Below are positions 1-13,000 of a DNA stretch of 64,000 bases, piece after piece. Position 1 is the stretch's first letter, and every line of letters starts with the position of its first letter. A model generated the notes under the pieces. That model worked only from the letters and a program-made list of their open reading frames with translations. It was not told where the DNA came from and did not search any database. The translations under genes were made by a program, and so were the position numbers. The DNA lies in NCBI RefSeq assembly GCF_006345805.1, contig NC_043002.1:36022001-36086000 (forward strand). The letters run 5' to 3'. Origin of the DNA: Octopus sinensis. Its lineage: Eukaryota.

Positions 1-169
1 AAGTCGATTACATCGACCCCAGTGCGTAACTGGTACTTAATTTATCGACCCTGAAAGGATGAAAGGCAAAGTCGATCTCAGCAGAATTTGAACTCAGAAC
101 GTAACGGCAGATGAAGTACGGCTACGCATTTCACCTGGCGTGCTAACGTTTCTGCCAGCTCGCCGCCTT
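1..169 (-). mobile_element. tRNA-derived SINE (family S1), relatively young copy cut by the window edge
   Basis: The reverse complement begins AAGGCGGCGAGCTGGCAGAAACGTTAGC (A-box-like), then GAGTTCAAATTC (B-box-like) and the central CTTTGCCTTTCATCC...AAGTACCAG segment. CpGs are intact. Many diverged copies occur in the window. Confidence 0.85.
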
Positions 170-235
170 CTATATAGTTAACAAAAATGAGATACATTGG
201 ATTATGTAGTTCAAGGTACACTATGATGCAAATCT

Positions 236-700
236 AAGATTAAAGGCATTCTAGCCATGACCATTCTCTCTTTCATGTTTGTCTAAGAGTTGCATTGTCC
301 AATTTGTATTATTCTTTATCTAATACAATAATGTAGTCTAAGGGAGATTTGACTACTATTTCTAGCTAGTTGAGCAACAGTATAGATATTCCCTCACAGA
401 CTTGTTGATGCTGTAGCTAGTATTATTATACCAGTTGTTGTGTAGCCCTAGGTCAGGTTTGTTTGAGTAGACATATGACATCTGCATAGTTGATGTGTAG
501 CCCCTGATCAGATTTGGTTAAGAAGACTTATGAAGAAAGTCATTCCAGTCATAGCCATCAGTCTGCTCAATTAGATAGTGTATTGATGACTATACTATGC
601 AATATATCTTACCTTTTTTGAGATGGTAGTGAATGAGTTGAGAGAGATTTGGCTACTATTTCTAATAGAGTGAATGAGTATGTAGGGAACCAGTTGCTTG
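236..700 (+). repeat. Dispersed repeat family R1 (unclassified), two adjacent copies
   Basis: Recurrent motifs GACCTATGATCAAAGGCATTCCAGCCATGACCATC and GTGATTTGAGGGAGATTTGGCTGCTATTTCTAGCAG. Other diverged copies lie at about 1640-1900, 2222-2295, 5095-5140, 6305-6335(-), 7135-7290, 35275-35440, 56390-56550 and 56920-57000. Confidence 0.6.
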
Positions 701-2622
701 CACATAAAGTTTTCTCTTTTTCTTTTAGTTTTTGGTTTAAATTGTTTTTAGTCAGACTGCATGTAGCTGGCAATTAAGTTACCTGTGTTTAGGAGCACAG
801 TGCAATGGTTCTGGTTTGAACACATGAACTGTCAGTCACATGATCAGCACTTTAGCTATCCTCCTATACACTGACTACATTTGTACTATTTGTTTATAAA
901 TAACCATTCTTTCTTGTAGCACTCAGGCAGCTACTTCATTTATTTATCTTTCTCATCTCAGGAGGCATTAATTATATTTTGTGAATTAAATAATTTACTA
1001 ATTTCTATCTCAACTGCTATTTTAGAACCTCCTTTACACAAATATTCTCAAAATGTGTGATTCATATTAATCACTAATTTATGTATTTTAATTTGATAGC
1101 ATTGCTTAATTTATTACTCACTTTGGTCTATTATCAATTTCTACAGATAAAATAGCTTTTGTTTATTTTTCCATTATAAATTAACCACAACCTGTGACCT
1201 TTTATTTGGGCCAGCAAAATAAGAAAACATATCATTATATATGTATGTCACCTCTTTAACATTTTTGTAATTTATCTATTCATTAGGAGCTAAAATAACT
1301 GTAGATCTAATATTAATTTAAATTGCACCATTTGAAGTTCTACTTTTCCAGTTTTCTTTTCTGTCTTACGTAATTTCACACAAAATGTCATAAATGTAAT
1401 TAAAGAAAGAAAATAATTATTCGAATATTTATATAAAGGAAAGCTTTTATTTATTTATTTATTTCAATCTATTAAAACTATTTCAATAGAATTTAATCAT
1501 GTCGATAATATTAATTTTTGTCTGTATAATTCATTAGTTACTAGGTTAAAGTATTAAGTCATGAGTTAATTACTGTGTGTCCATAGATACAGTAAATTAA
1601 TCTCTTCAGTCTATTTAATTGTTGTTGTTGTGCAGCCCTCTGTCATCCTTGATTGAGGTAACCTATGATCAAAAGCACTCCTGTCATGACCATCCTATCT
1701 TTTATTCAGATTTGGGGTATCTAGAGTTGATTGCATTACCCAAGGAGTTCTTTCTTTTTAACTCTCAAAATCAACCCATCCAAAAACAGCCACTATTAAA
1801 GTGTTTACATTTTAAATTCAAAAGTGTTAAAGATGACAGGTTGTGATTTTAGGGAGATTTGGCTGCTACTTCTAACAGATAATGTAACCACACAAGTTTT
1901 TCAATAGCTGTTCAGTTATTTAGTTGAAAACATCCCATGCGCACACACACAATTTTTATTTCACTTTTATATGGTTAGTAGTAGTATTAAGAGGAGGAAG
2001 AGGTGGTGGTGGTAGTAGTAGTAGGAGTGGGGGGAGGAGGAAATGTGTCAGGGTTTCTAACCATGCTTTAGCCATTGTATTTAGAAAATTAGACAAAGTA
2101 CACAACTCTACTAGCCTTATACAGTCTGCTACATCACTTCTACTTTGTTCTTGTTGTTGTTGTTTATGTCACGGTCAGTTCCATTTCAGAAAAGACATTG
2201 CATATAACCTTTCTCAAGGTATTATGGTGTGATTTGAGAGATATTTGCTTTAATGTTCCTAGCAGGTTGAGAGACTGTGTAGAGGCGCCCTTATTAGCTC
2301 TATATATATATAACGTTATTGATTGTGAGTCTCCTAGCTCATTGGTTTATAGGGGCACAACTGAAGACTTCGTTATCATGTGGTATATCTTGAGTTAAGT
2401 TAAATTTGTAGATCTCTAACTCCTCTGTTGGCCATACCAACAGAAGATGAACTCAGTACAAGCTAGTAAAAAAGCCCAAAAAACAAATAATTTGGCAGTG
2501 TTACAAGGGTGCTGATATTCTAGAACTGTTTTAATTATCTTACCTTTTCTTTCACCAACTCTCTTTCAATGTCTCCATGCTATGATGCAACATCATTTCA
2601 TACCATTTTTAATGTGTATATA

Positions 2623-3492
2623 CAAGGTCTGATCAATAAGTATCCGGACTGTTGCCATAGTAATGAAGCTAGAGCATGCAAAGTGAAGCCATTTAGCAAA
2701 GATTGATCTTGAACTCTGCTGTGCATGTGCACTAAATTTTAACGGTCTACCTCACTGCCATTGTTTACAGTAATGCTTGTAAGGAAGGTGTGTAGTGTGC
2801 AATCATCGCTTTGACCATGACAGAGAAAGTTATCATGGCGATGCCTGCTCAGAGGCCTACGCAAAGTTGCAGAATTGTATGGAGAGGAGTGTATGAGTCA
2901 CACACTAGTGTACAAGTGGTTCAGACATTTCCAAGATGGCTGAAAAATGTCGATATTGATGAATGTTCTGGGAAACTCACAACCAGCAGAACTGAGAAAA
3001 GCATTGCAGATGTGTGTGCAGCTGTGAGGAGAAATTGTTGAATTATCATTCATGAGTTATCAGAGGATGTGCAAATTAGTTACAGTTCAGTTCAGTCCAT
3101 TATCAATGAAGATTTGGGTATGAAATGTTTGTCTGCCAAGTTTGTGCCAAAACTGCTTTCAGCTGACCAAAAAGACACTCGGGTTTCAGTTGTGCAAGAT
3201 CTCCTTGATTGTGTTGAGAACAATGAAAACTTTTTGAAAACTTTGTGTAGGCCTCTAGGCTGGTATTGCCAAGCTTTTGGCAAAATTTGATGCAGATTCT
3301 CTGCTCATCTTTCTGTCATGGTCAGTACAACGATCACACGCTACACACATTCCTTCCAAGCATTGTTGTACACAAGTGAAGTGAGCTAGAACGTTAAAAC
3401 TTAGTGTGCATGCACAGCAGAGTTCAAAGTCAATCTGTGATAAGTAAGTTCACTACAATGGCACAGTCCGAATACTTATTGATCACACCATG
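2623..3492 (+). mobile_element. Non-autonomous mariner derivative (870 bp) with about 250-bp inverted arms
   Basis: TA|CAAGGTCTGATCAATAAGTATCCGGACT ... AGTCCGAATACTTATTGATCACACCATG|TA. The interior encodes the transposase N-half (DECSGKLTTSRT...LGMKCLSAKFVPKLLSADQKDTRV...ENFLKT) and stops before the DD34D domain. Confidence 0.9.
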
Positions 3493-3609
3493 TATGTAAT
3501 ATCAGGCCAGCATAATTACTTCTGGTTACAAATTTGATGTGGGCGACTACTTACCACAACACCACAACGTTTTGATATCTATTGATATTATTATTGATGT
3601 TTTCCAGCT

Positions 3610-3780
3610 TTTTATGTTCTGAGTTCAAATTCCACCAAGGCAAACTTAACTTTTGATTTTTTCAGGGTCAGTAAAATAAGCACCAGCTGAACACTGAGAT
3701 TGATGTTATCAACTAGCCCCTGCACCACCCCACCTCCACGTTAGCCTTGTGTCAAAATTTAAAACCATTAATATTATTGT
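3610..3780 (+). mobile_element. S1 SINE copy (diverged)
   Basis: GTTCTGAGTTCAAATTCC...GGGTCAGTAAAATAAGCACCAG...GCCTTGTGTCAAAATTTAAAACCATT. Confidence 0.65.
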
Positions 3781-5199
3781 TGATGTGTTTATGGCTAACA
3801 AACAGTTTATCATTAAATTGCATATAATTTTTTTTTAATGCTAAGATTTATATAGAAAACAAAGACCTGAAAACTATGCTGACACATCTATTGCTCTCAC
3901 CTTCTGTCCCCTCTGTTCACAGTAGCATACCAAGTTTTCTAGACTCCCCACTCCTGCATGGGAACAATGTCTTTCACTTTGAGAAGCACTATTCTACAGA
4001 GTAACTAATTCTTATTTTACAATCAGCTATTTACAGTTGAGTTCAATGTCTTATCACTGATGTAGAAAAGGCAACCAACTGTGAATATAGTTGCTCCAAT
4101 AAACTAAATTGATATAAAACCATAGAACAGGATAAAATCTAAAATATGCCAAAAATGTTAATTTGTTGTTAGCTGTTCATTGTATGTATGTCATGTTCAC
4201 AAACAAGACAAAGAGAGAGAGGTGGAGTTATGTGACTGATTTATCATGATATAACTGAAGTGAATATGTAAACTTTAGTTAGTTTAGTTAACTCCAGGCT
4301 AGTGACAAAATAACAGCTCTAAGCTATATGGTTGAGGATAAATAATTCAGGAAAGCATCTCCTCTAAACAATTATTCTTTACTATTTCACCACTAAGTAT
4401 AATGATGTCATAAGACCAATAACTGCCTAGTTTTCTCTTGTACTTGCCAAAATAATGAAATTGACTAATTAAAATTTCTTTTTTTCCTCTCAACATAATT
4501 ATTTCTAGTTAACCTTTTAATGCTTCCTTTCTTAAGTATGGTAACACTAAGTTAATTACACAGTAGAGATTTTACAGTAGTTACCACCTGTAAAATTAAA
4601 GCCACATCGTGAATACATGTTAGCTGCAGTTTGTTTACTGTATGTTCCATAGCGAAAAGAAAGTGGTAAAGCAGAGTTTAAGGGAGGATGGGGGGGGGGA
4701 ATGAGGCAGAAAAAATATTCAAGTGTTGACAAGTTCAAAGCAACTGGGATTATTGTATTAATAATAGAAGTTGCAGAGTTGAAACTTAGCTTAATGGTGA
4801 ACATTTGGTTGAAGGATATCAAGGAGTTTGGTAATAAAAACTTAAGGAAACAACAAAAACACATAGTGATTGCTAAGAACTGGATTGATACTTCTCATTG
4901 ATTTCATTTGCCAGCTATAATCTGGCAATCCTTTTGACAAACAGTAGCTGATAAAAAGTATGGTACTTACAAAATAAAAGAAAGAAAAAGAAAATAAGAA
5001 AGAAAACTTTGGCATATTTTTCTCTGTTTTACATTCATTTGCCACATTAGTATGGATGACTGTTATTGCTGCTTATCCCTAGGGCAGCCATGATTTCACT
5101 GACCTATGATCAAATATATTCTAGCAATGACCATCTCATCAATTTTTTCTTTAGGCATAGTCTTTCTACATGATCTGATATGCCTTATGTAACCATTAA

Positions 5200-5390
5200 A
5201 ACAATTCTGTATTACATGTCTACACCAGCATAGCCATATCTATTGCACACTACAGCTGATTTCTTTTTCACCTAATTTTACTCTTTCCTTATCAGTGCCT
5301 CATCATTCATGCACACTAACATTACTCATCCAGCAGACCATGCTCACTTTGTTGCTTTCCTATCAACATACATTCTCTGCATAAATTCCA
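5200..5390 (-). mobile_element. Degenerate RTE-clade LINE C-terminal fragment
   Basis: Minus translation SMVCWMSNVSVHE...KLG..ISCSVQ resembles the better copy at 48505-48920. Confidence 0.5.
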
Positions 5391-7299
5391 TGTGTTGTTC
5401 GTTCAAAGGGGTCTTGTAGTGTGAATGAAATTTTGAGAATGTACTGGTAGGGGTAAATAGATAGAGAGAAGAGAATAGATATGTATGTATACATTTATGT
5501 ATATTGTTGTGTTTTGGGAGGGTCATTATGCCAATTATAATGCACACACACTAGTTCAACATCATATTGTTACGATTTTATCTTACTATAATCAACAACA
5601 AACACATTTCGTCAATATTAAAATCTTTATTAGATTAAAAATAATATTATCAAAGCATGAAAGTAAAACAAAACAAATATGCTTTGTTTTCTTTCAGGCA
5701 CCAAATTACTATAGCAGTAGTTTTTCACATTGTTCACCGACCTTCCTTTCCTCTGAAAAAATCAGTGGAATCAGTTGATCTCCATACACAAATTATTTTC
5801 CTCCTGAAACTTGTAAAAAATACACACATTAGGTGCACTTTTCTATAAGCTGCACACTTAAATTTCCCAGGTAAAAAATAGCAGCTTATACACTGGAAAA
5901 TATGGTATATAATATATACAACAATTATGGAGATAAATTTTTACATTTATTCAGTGTATTCTTACACATATTTCATTAACAATAATATGTCATGTAAAGA
6001 AATACCTAATAAACAAGTTATATCATCAAATCTTCAGAGACTGTATAACAAATGTAAAAAAAAGTAAACACAACAATTGTGTTGAAGGATCTTCACTCAG
6101 TTTATGTAAGCTTATTTCTTCACATATTAACTAATCAAAAAATAGATAAAAAGAATGAGGCAGGATCTGTATAGTCATTCAGTATGCTAAATGTGGTAGC
6201 CAGATCTCACTCAAATCACACATAACTGTCTGAGGAAAATACCACATATTGGGTAATGTAATTCTTGGTGAATTGTTGTACATAGGAAAAAAACAGAATG
6301 GTGAGTACTGGAATGCCTTTGGTCATAGGTCTATCCAATCACAGCTAACCTTGGGTTAAGCTATAATAATATATTACATGGGTCACCCAACTATGAAACA
6401 ACTCCGTCAGCACTTCAAGAACATTTATGAATTGGAAGAATTATCCTACCCATCATATCGAAAACACAAGATATAAAAGGGTTAAAACAGCAACAACAGT
6501 GATGAAAACCAACAGTAAACTATTTTTACTCTCGGATAATGTAGTGTATGATGTATCTAAGTTCACCATGTGCAACTTTCTACAATATAACCTAACTGAG
6601 TACATAAAAATATACCCAGTTAGAGTGACCTTGCGCAATCTACAGACTGCCGTTTAAAAATACATTCTATTTTAGCCTGGCTATTATTTATCTATATATT
6701 TATTTATTTAGTTGAAAAACTATTTTCAGTCTTCTTTTGTTTTGTGCCTCCCCACCCACCACCACACACTGTTACAAGCACAACTTCCATTACTACTCTT
6801 CTATCACCACTGCTACTGCCACCTTAATTTACTAGTAGTTGAAGTATGTAAGTGCTACTCTGTTTTATATGTTATGTGTGTGTGTTTGAAGTTGTTGATG
6901 TTGATAAAATGTTAAACTGCTTAAATGTAGTATAGGAACAAAAATGGTACTGGCATGCTTATTTGTCTGGTACTATTTAGTGCAGTAGTGCCAAAAATAG
7001 TCTATAGCATTAGTTAAATATACTGATTCAGCACCATAGAATTGTAACTCAAAACTTGTCATTTCTCTGGGAAATCACTAAGAAGAATTAGGAGTAGGTT
7101 GTGTTCTTTAGCAGTAAATGAGACCAGATACAGCAGACCTATGACATAATCATGTCAGCCATGTCTGTCTTGTCTTTTATTCAGACATATTACATCATAT
7201 ATTCAGAATTATATCTTGCAATGTATCCTTTCTTTTAGCTTTGCTAGGGGACCTATGATCAAAGTTATTCCAGCCATGACTATTCCTTCTTTAATTCAG

Positions 7300-7710
7300 A
7301 CTTGGGTGCAAGCATGGCTGTTTGGTCAAGAAGGTTGCTTTGCAACCACATAGTTTTGAGTTCAGTCCCATCGTGTGCAACACCTTGGGCAAGTGTCTTC
7401 TTATAACCTTGGGCTGACTGATGCCATGTGAGTGAATTTAGTAGATGGAGACTGAATGTATGGGTATGTATGTGTGTTTGTGTAGCTATGTGGGCATGTG
7501 TATGTAGGTGGTGGGGTGTCTGCATGCACATGTGTTTATGTGTTAGATTACATTTGTGTTTCTGAAAATTGCTGTGCTGCATGCAGTGGCATTGTTGTCA
7601 TTTCCACTATCAACAAATTTTGCTGGCACTGCTTTTTCAAAGAAATGTGAAATAAGAGAACCCTTACTTGCTTACTTCAAAAACAGGTAAGGGTTAATGA
7701 CTAAAGAGTA
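7300..7710 (+). mobile_element. CORE-type SINE (family S2) with tRNA-like head and RTE-like tail
   Basis: GGTGCAAGCATGGCTGTTTGGT...GAGTTCAGTCCC...CACCTTGGGCAAGTGTCTTCT (CORE-like). Related copies at about 11570-11910(+), 11190-11340(+ tail), 43350-43450(-) and 58617-59060(-). Confidence 0.65.
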
Positions 7711-8220
7711 TGCAGTTGTAAAACAGAGCCTTGATAATATATATTTGTTGAAACCATGCTAGCACAGTATAACAGACATAGAAATGAATGAATGAATTCC
7801 TTCTCTTGCTTAAGATAATGAGATGTGATTTTAGAGATATTCAGTAGTGCATATACTGAAATTAGAACAACATGCAGAAGATTAGGCAAAGATTATGTGC
7901 AAGTTAGACGCTGACGGCAGTTATAAGTTGGCATGCATAAACGATAGGGATTCACAGAATCATGCTGCATAATGTAACAGCGAGTTTTTGATACTTTCAG
8001 CTTTTCCATCAACAATGTTAAAGGCAGCTTATGTTTTACCATAGCTCTATGGAAGTAAATTTCTGTGAAGCATCAGAAGAGGTGAAGCCTCTTTTATAGG
8101 AACTAACTGCTAGTACACTTTTTGATTACTCAACCTATTCCAACACTATCTCATGCAATTGGAATTGTCATTAGAACATTTATCCAAAAATTATGAAAAT
8201 GTGTATGTATTTGTATGTAG

Positions 8221-8251
<31 letters not shown>

Positions 8252-8569
8252 TGTATGTGCGTATCTATGTACAAACGTGTGCATATAGATATTTATGTGT
8301 GAATATATATGTATGTGTGTGTGTATGAATGGGTGTGTGTATATGTGTGTGTGTGTGCGCATGAATGGGTATGTGTATTCTTTGCAGTGACAAGTTCAAA
8401 GGAACATGGTGAGGTCACTTAGAATAAAGAACTCAAAAGTTAGAAGTTTGAGTGACAAAAATTTAATCTAAAGCTGTGAATCCAATAAAATATAAAATCA
8501 TTCAAGTACTAAGGTCAATTATTAAACCCAATTCTACCAACTTTATGATCTTAAGAATTTTTGTCCTTT

Positions 8570-8770
8570 CGTTTTAAATCCTGTTGGGATCAACTGTCTG
8601 TCATCCTTCTGGAGTCAAAAAAGGTAAAGTACAGGTCTTGAACCAGGGTCAGTAGTATCAACTAATACATTCCCTTCAAAATTGCTGTGGTTGGTGCAAT
8701 TGACTAGCTCCCGCTGCTTAAAAAAAATCAGGCCTTGTGCCTATAGAAGAAAAGATTATATATTATCATT
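8570..8770 (+). mobile_element. S1 SINE copy (diverged)
   Basis: CTGTCTGTCATCCTTCTGGAGTC...GGCCTTGTGCCTATAGAAGAAAAGATTAT 3-prime end. Confidence 0.55.
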
Positions 8771-9007
8771 ACTATTATCATCATCACCTTCATTTTTCTA
8801 TAATAAGATTTCATACTTTGGTAAAATTTTTAGGATTTATACAAAATCTGCTGAATAGCTTCTCCCTATATTGTAAATGTTTTAGATGAGTCTTTAGTGA
8901 TTAATTGGCAATCTTGTATTATAATGTTTTGTTGTTCTCTTCCTTTAGTTAAATCTTAGATTTCCGTGATGTTTTTTTCCCCTTTCTCTTCTTTGATATA
9001 TTTTCAG

Positions 9008-9079
9008 ATTGTCATCTGCCTTTCATATCAGAAAGCCTAACTTTTGAACGTTCCCTGAATAAAACTTCAGAAGCTTCAG
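9008..9079 (+). CDS. NFAT5: NFAT5-like exon A (72 nt, phase 1-1): (D)CHLPFISESLTFERSLNKTSEAS
   Basis: Pyrimidine tract ending ttttcag|, donor CAG|gtaagg. Only one frame is open and it matches the phase of the next exon (G+AG=Glu). No homology evidence. Confidence 0.7.
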
Positions 9080-9265
9080 GTAAGGCTTATTCAATTACAC
9101 TCATTAGAGAAGAAAAACTTATATTTTTTTCATGGTGTAAGACGAAATAAAAAAAGTCCCCGAAACATAACAAAACAATTCAAAAAAAGATATATATTTA
9201 AAATATAGCGAATGATAATGTTTCTAATTTTTGATAAATTATTAGTTTGCATTTGAATTTTTCAG

Positions 9266-10052
9266 AGTCACTAGGAAATCGAGCAAATCCAGTGTCATCA
9301 GGATTGGTAGCAACTCCTGAGTTTATTACAGTATCTGGTTCAGATACTGCCTTTCAGTTGACTCCAACAAATGGTTTGCAGAGTTTCCAAGACATATCTG
9401 ATGTGAATGATTCTTTGTTGGGAACAGTTGACACCAATGATATTTTACCACAGAACACGCTGCAAACGCAGGTTGATAGCCTTCTTGGAGGGGGCAATGA
9501 TTTTTACATGTCATCTATGGACAACTTAGGAGGCAGCTTGCAGTCGTCTTCATCTGATTATAAAAACCCTCATGATAGTGTGGTTATAATTAATTTGAGA
9601 GATTATGAGAAAACCAGTGTGAGTTCATTATCAAGTCCTGGAACACCACCAGTCGATTCTCCGTCATCTCCCAATAACCTCATTATAGATGCAGATACAC
9701 AGGCCTCGTTGATTCAGCGCTCTGAAAACCTGAACCTGGAAACGATAGATACCAACTCATTAACTCCCAACATGAGTGGTACAAGTGTTTTGTGGGGGGT
9801 TTTAGATGAGAGTGCTGTTGATGAATTGCCATGTAAAGCTCATAAGCCTGATAAAAATTCCGATGCGCCTTCCAGTCTCAGAGCTACTCATACCTCGGAA
9901 AGTGAAACCTTGGATGCTGATCGAATCACTGCTATGACAGTAGCTGATTATACTATCTCAAAGATTGAACCTCAAACTTCAGGGGCTCAATTCACATTTG
10001 GTACGCAGTCATTTGCCACATCAGTAACAAACACTGAGCTAAAGACCGCCAA
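9266..10052 (+). CDS. NFAT5: NFAT5-like exon B (787 nt), S/T/P/D-rich N-terminal regulatory region
   Basis: Lies within the 269-aa ORF 9247-10056. Acceptor tttttcag|, donor AA|gtaagt. The phase-2 end joins G19987 to give Lys in frame with the RHD exon. Confidence 0.85.
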
Positions 10053-13000
10053 GTAAGTATCACTAGAGGTAATTTATTATTATTATTATCATCATCATCA
10101 TCCTATTTTCAAATTTAGTAATGAAAAACTGTTGATATTATCACCAAGTCCAAGCTTTCAGTGTATATATGTATACCAGAATAGTTTTATTTTAATGTCA
10201 CTATGAAGCAAAGGAGTGGTTTTTCAGTAAGTAGATTAAAATATCAATGATCTTCCTCTTCTAAACTGTCATGTTCCACAATCTCTTAATCCAACTTGTA
10301 ACAATCTTTCACTCATTCATTCACACTCTCTCTTACTCCCTCTTCCTCACTTCCTCCTTTTATTTCTCTCTCTCTCTCTCTCCTTCTCTTGATATATATA
10401 CACACACACACACAAATACACATGTATACATATAAATATATATGTATCTATATTTCTATATTCTTATATATATATATATATGTATATTGACACACATATT
10501 TACATACACACACAAGCTCAAGCATGAATATTCATCTTCTTTCTTCCCTCCCTCTTGTTTCCCAAATTTAGATTATAGGATTTTTTTTAAAAAATGGATC
10601 AATAAATACCTAATAAATATTTAAGAAACAACTATCTTAACTCAAGCAGCAGCAGTAGTAATAGTAGCAGCAACGCCAGCACCAACAAACAATGTTATAA
10701 GGCCTTGTTTCCATTAGCACAACAAAAAAAAAATTGGATTAAAGAAGTGATTGTCATAAATAAGATTGCTTTATTTACATCTAGTAAATAGTTAATCCTT
10801 CAGTTCCATTAAATTTTTCATTACACGTAAATGGAGCATATCTGTAAGGACACACACACATACACACTTATGTATATCAATTTGATACACAACTGAAAGA
10901 GCTGATAATAGTTCATGTTGTTATGATACTAAGCATAATTATATGCCATGTATCTCCAAGCAATCTTTCAGGCTCTGTTTATACGTAATATATCTTTAAA
11001 AAACAAGGACGCTAGACAATGTGAAAAATTTAAAAAAAAACATGTTAAAAACGCGAAGATGGTTAATATATGTGTGTGTATATGTATGTTTGTTTATAAA
11101 TATGTACGTGTAGATTGATGCATGTGTGAGTGTGCGTATATTTTTGTCTCTTTGTCTTGACATGACATTATTTTTGTGAATGAACACTGTTTATTTTCAT
11201 TGTTCTGTTGAAACATAACTGGCCATGAGGAAATATTACCTTATTTGAAAACAAGTAAGGGTTTGCAGCAGGAAGGGCATCCAACTGTAGAAAACCTACC
11301 TCAATAAGCTCCTTCCAATCCCTGCAGGCAGAAAAAAATAGTAAAATGACAAGGGTTCTTAGTTTATTGTTTAAGGTAATATCACTCAGAGTTGATAGAG
11401 AACTCTATAACTAGAAAGCAAGATGATTATATTGATAAAGTAAATGTCATTGCAGCCGTTAGACTTCAGTTTAACTCCTAATGAACTCATCATGGCAAAT
11501 TGAAGTGCAACAAGTAATTAAATATTTGACTGTAGAGTTTATTTATTCATTCAGTACATGTATTGTGCAGGCATGATTGTGTAATTAAGAAGTTTTGCTT
11601 CTCATTGGCACAATTATGGGCTCACTGCCATTGCACACAGCACTTTAGACAGGTATCTTTCAGCCTAGTTCCAGGTTGATCAAGCCTCATGGCTTTCATA
11701 GATGGAAACTGAAGAAAACCCATTCTTTATATGTGTGTGTATGTATGTATATGGAGTTGTGTGTTTATGCCCCACCCCACTAGTCTTGGCATTGCATCAT
11801 ATTTGTAAGCAAGTGTCGCTGTCATGCAAGTGGTAAAATTCATTTCCAATCTTCCATGAAAGCATGCCCAGAAATGGGAAAATATTACTTTGCTTGGAAA
11901 AGTAGAGATTAAAACAATGAAACATTGATGATTATGTGTTTATGTGTGAATGCATGTAGAAATAGGGGAAATGAATAAAAGAATATATAATAGATATTCT
12001 TCATTCAAAGCTGATGAGTGACTGTATTGCTACTCCAAATTTCTTAGTTTGTGTAAAACACACACACACACACACACACTCACACACACATGCATATGCA
12101 TACATACATGCACACACAGAGAGATAAATTGAGAGATAGATGGATAGACTTTGTTGTACAAACTTCAGAAAAAGAACTCAACACATGTAGTACTGCTTGT
12201 TTATTCATTGTGTATGTGTGTGTATACATATATATGTATGTATGTATATATGTGTACATATATATACCCTAGACACACGCACTCATGCCCACACATACAC
12301 ATGTCCTGTAGCTTTGAGGTTTAGTCAATGTGCTCTGCAGTATTTTATGGTTAGATACCCTACCTAAAGTTTTAACATAGTTGTAACGACTTGCTTGGCT
12401 GTGTTAATATCAACAGTTATAACAGTAGCAATCTGTAGCACATCTATCTGTTCACTAGTGCCAGCTCTATGGCCTGTATGTTTGTTATTACTTGGCAACC
12501 AATACATCTTATCTACATGGGAACTATAAGCTGGTTTGTATTTCTACCTTACCTACACTTGGCTTGTTACAATGGGCTCTTTTAAGAACAACATCAGATA
12601 TTATCTATTTAAATATTGAACTTGACTCTTCATATCAATGCTGGGTGACACATGGATGGTGCAGTTAGTCAATTGAAATATTTTTTAGCAGAGAAAACCA
12701 TACTTGAGTTTGGAAGATCTTAAACTTGTCTATGGAGTTTAATTCCTTAATTCAACTATATCTCTCAGTCATCCAAATCTGAACTCATCAGTCATTAATC
12801 TTTACTTAACAAAAACTTGAATTTGTAGCAGTACAATGATAAACTACAAGATTATATCTCTTGTGATAAAACTATTTTGTTAAACTGAATAATCTATTTA
12901 TATAGTGATTTAATATGAAAAGCCTTGATTAAAAAAAATATTTGACAATTATATTTTATTGTTAAGACTATTTTTTTCTGAAGTTCATCACACTTCTGCT

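Noticed and set aside
80-169. tRNA-like A/B boxes
   Set aside because: SINE head: no complete cloverleaf, and it continues into the SINE body.
1924-2232. 102-aa ORF with G/S/C runs
   Set aside because: Built from GGT/AGT/TGT micro-repeats and a TTG start; no coding signature.
6374-6660. TA-CATGGGTCACCCAAC start suggestive of a Tc1/mariner end, plus ORF 6427-6657
   Set aside because: No matching second TIR and no transposase motif found.
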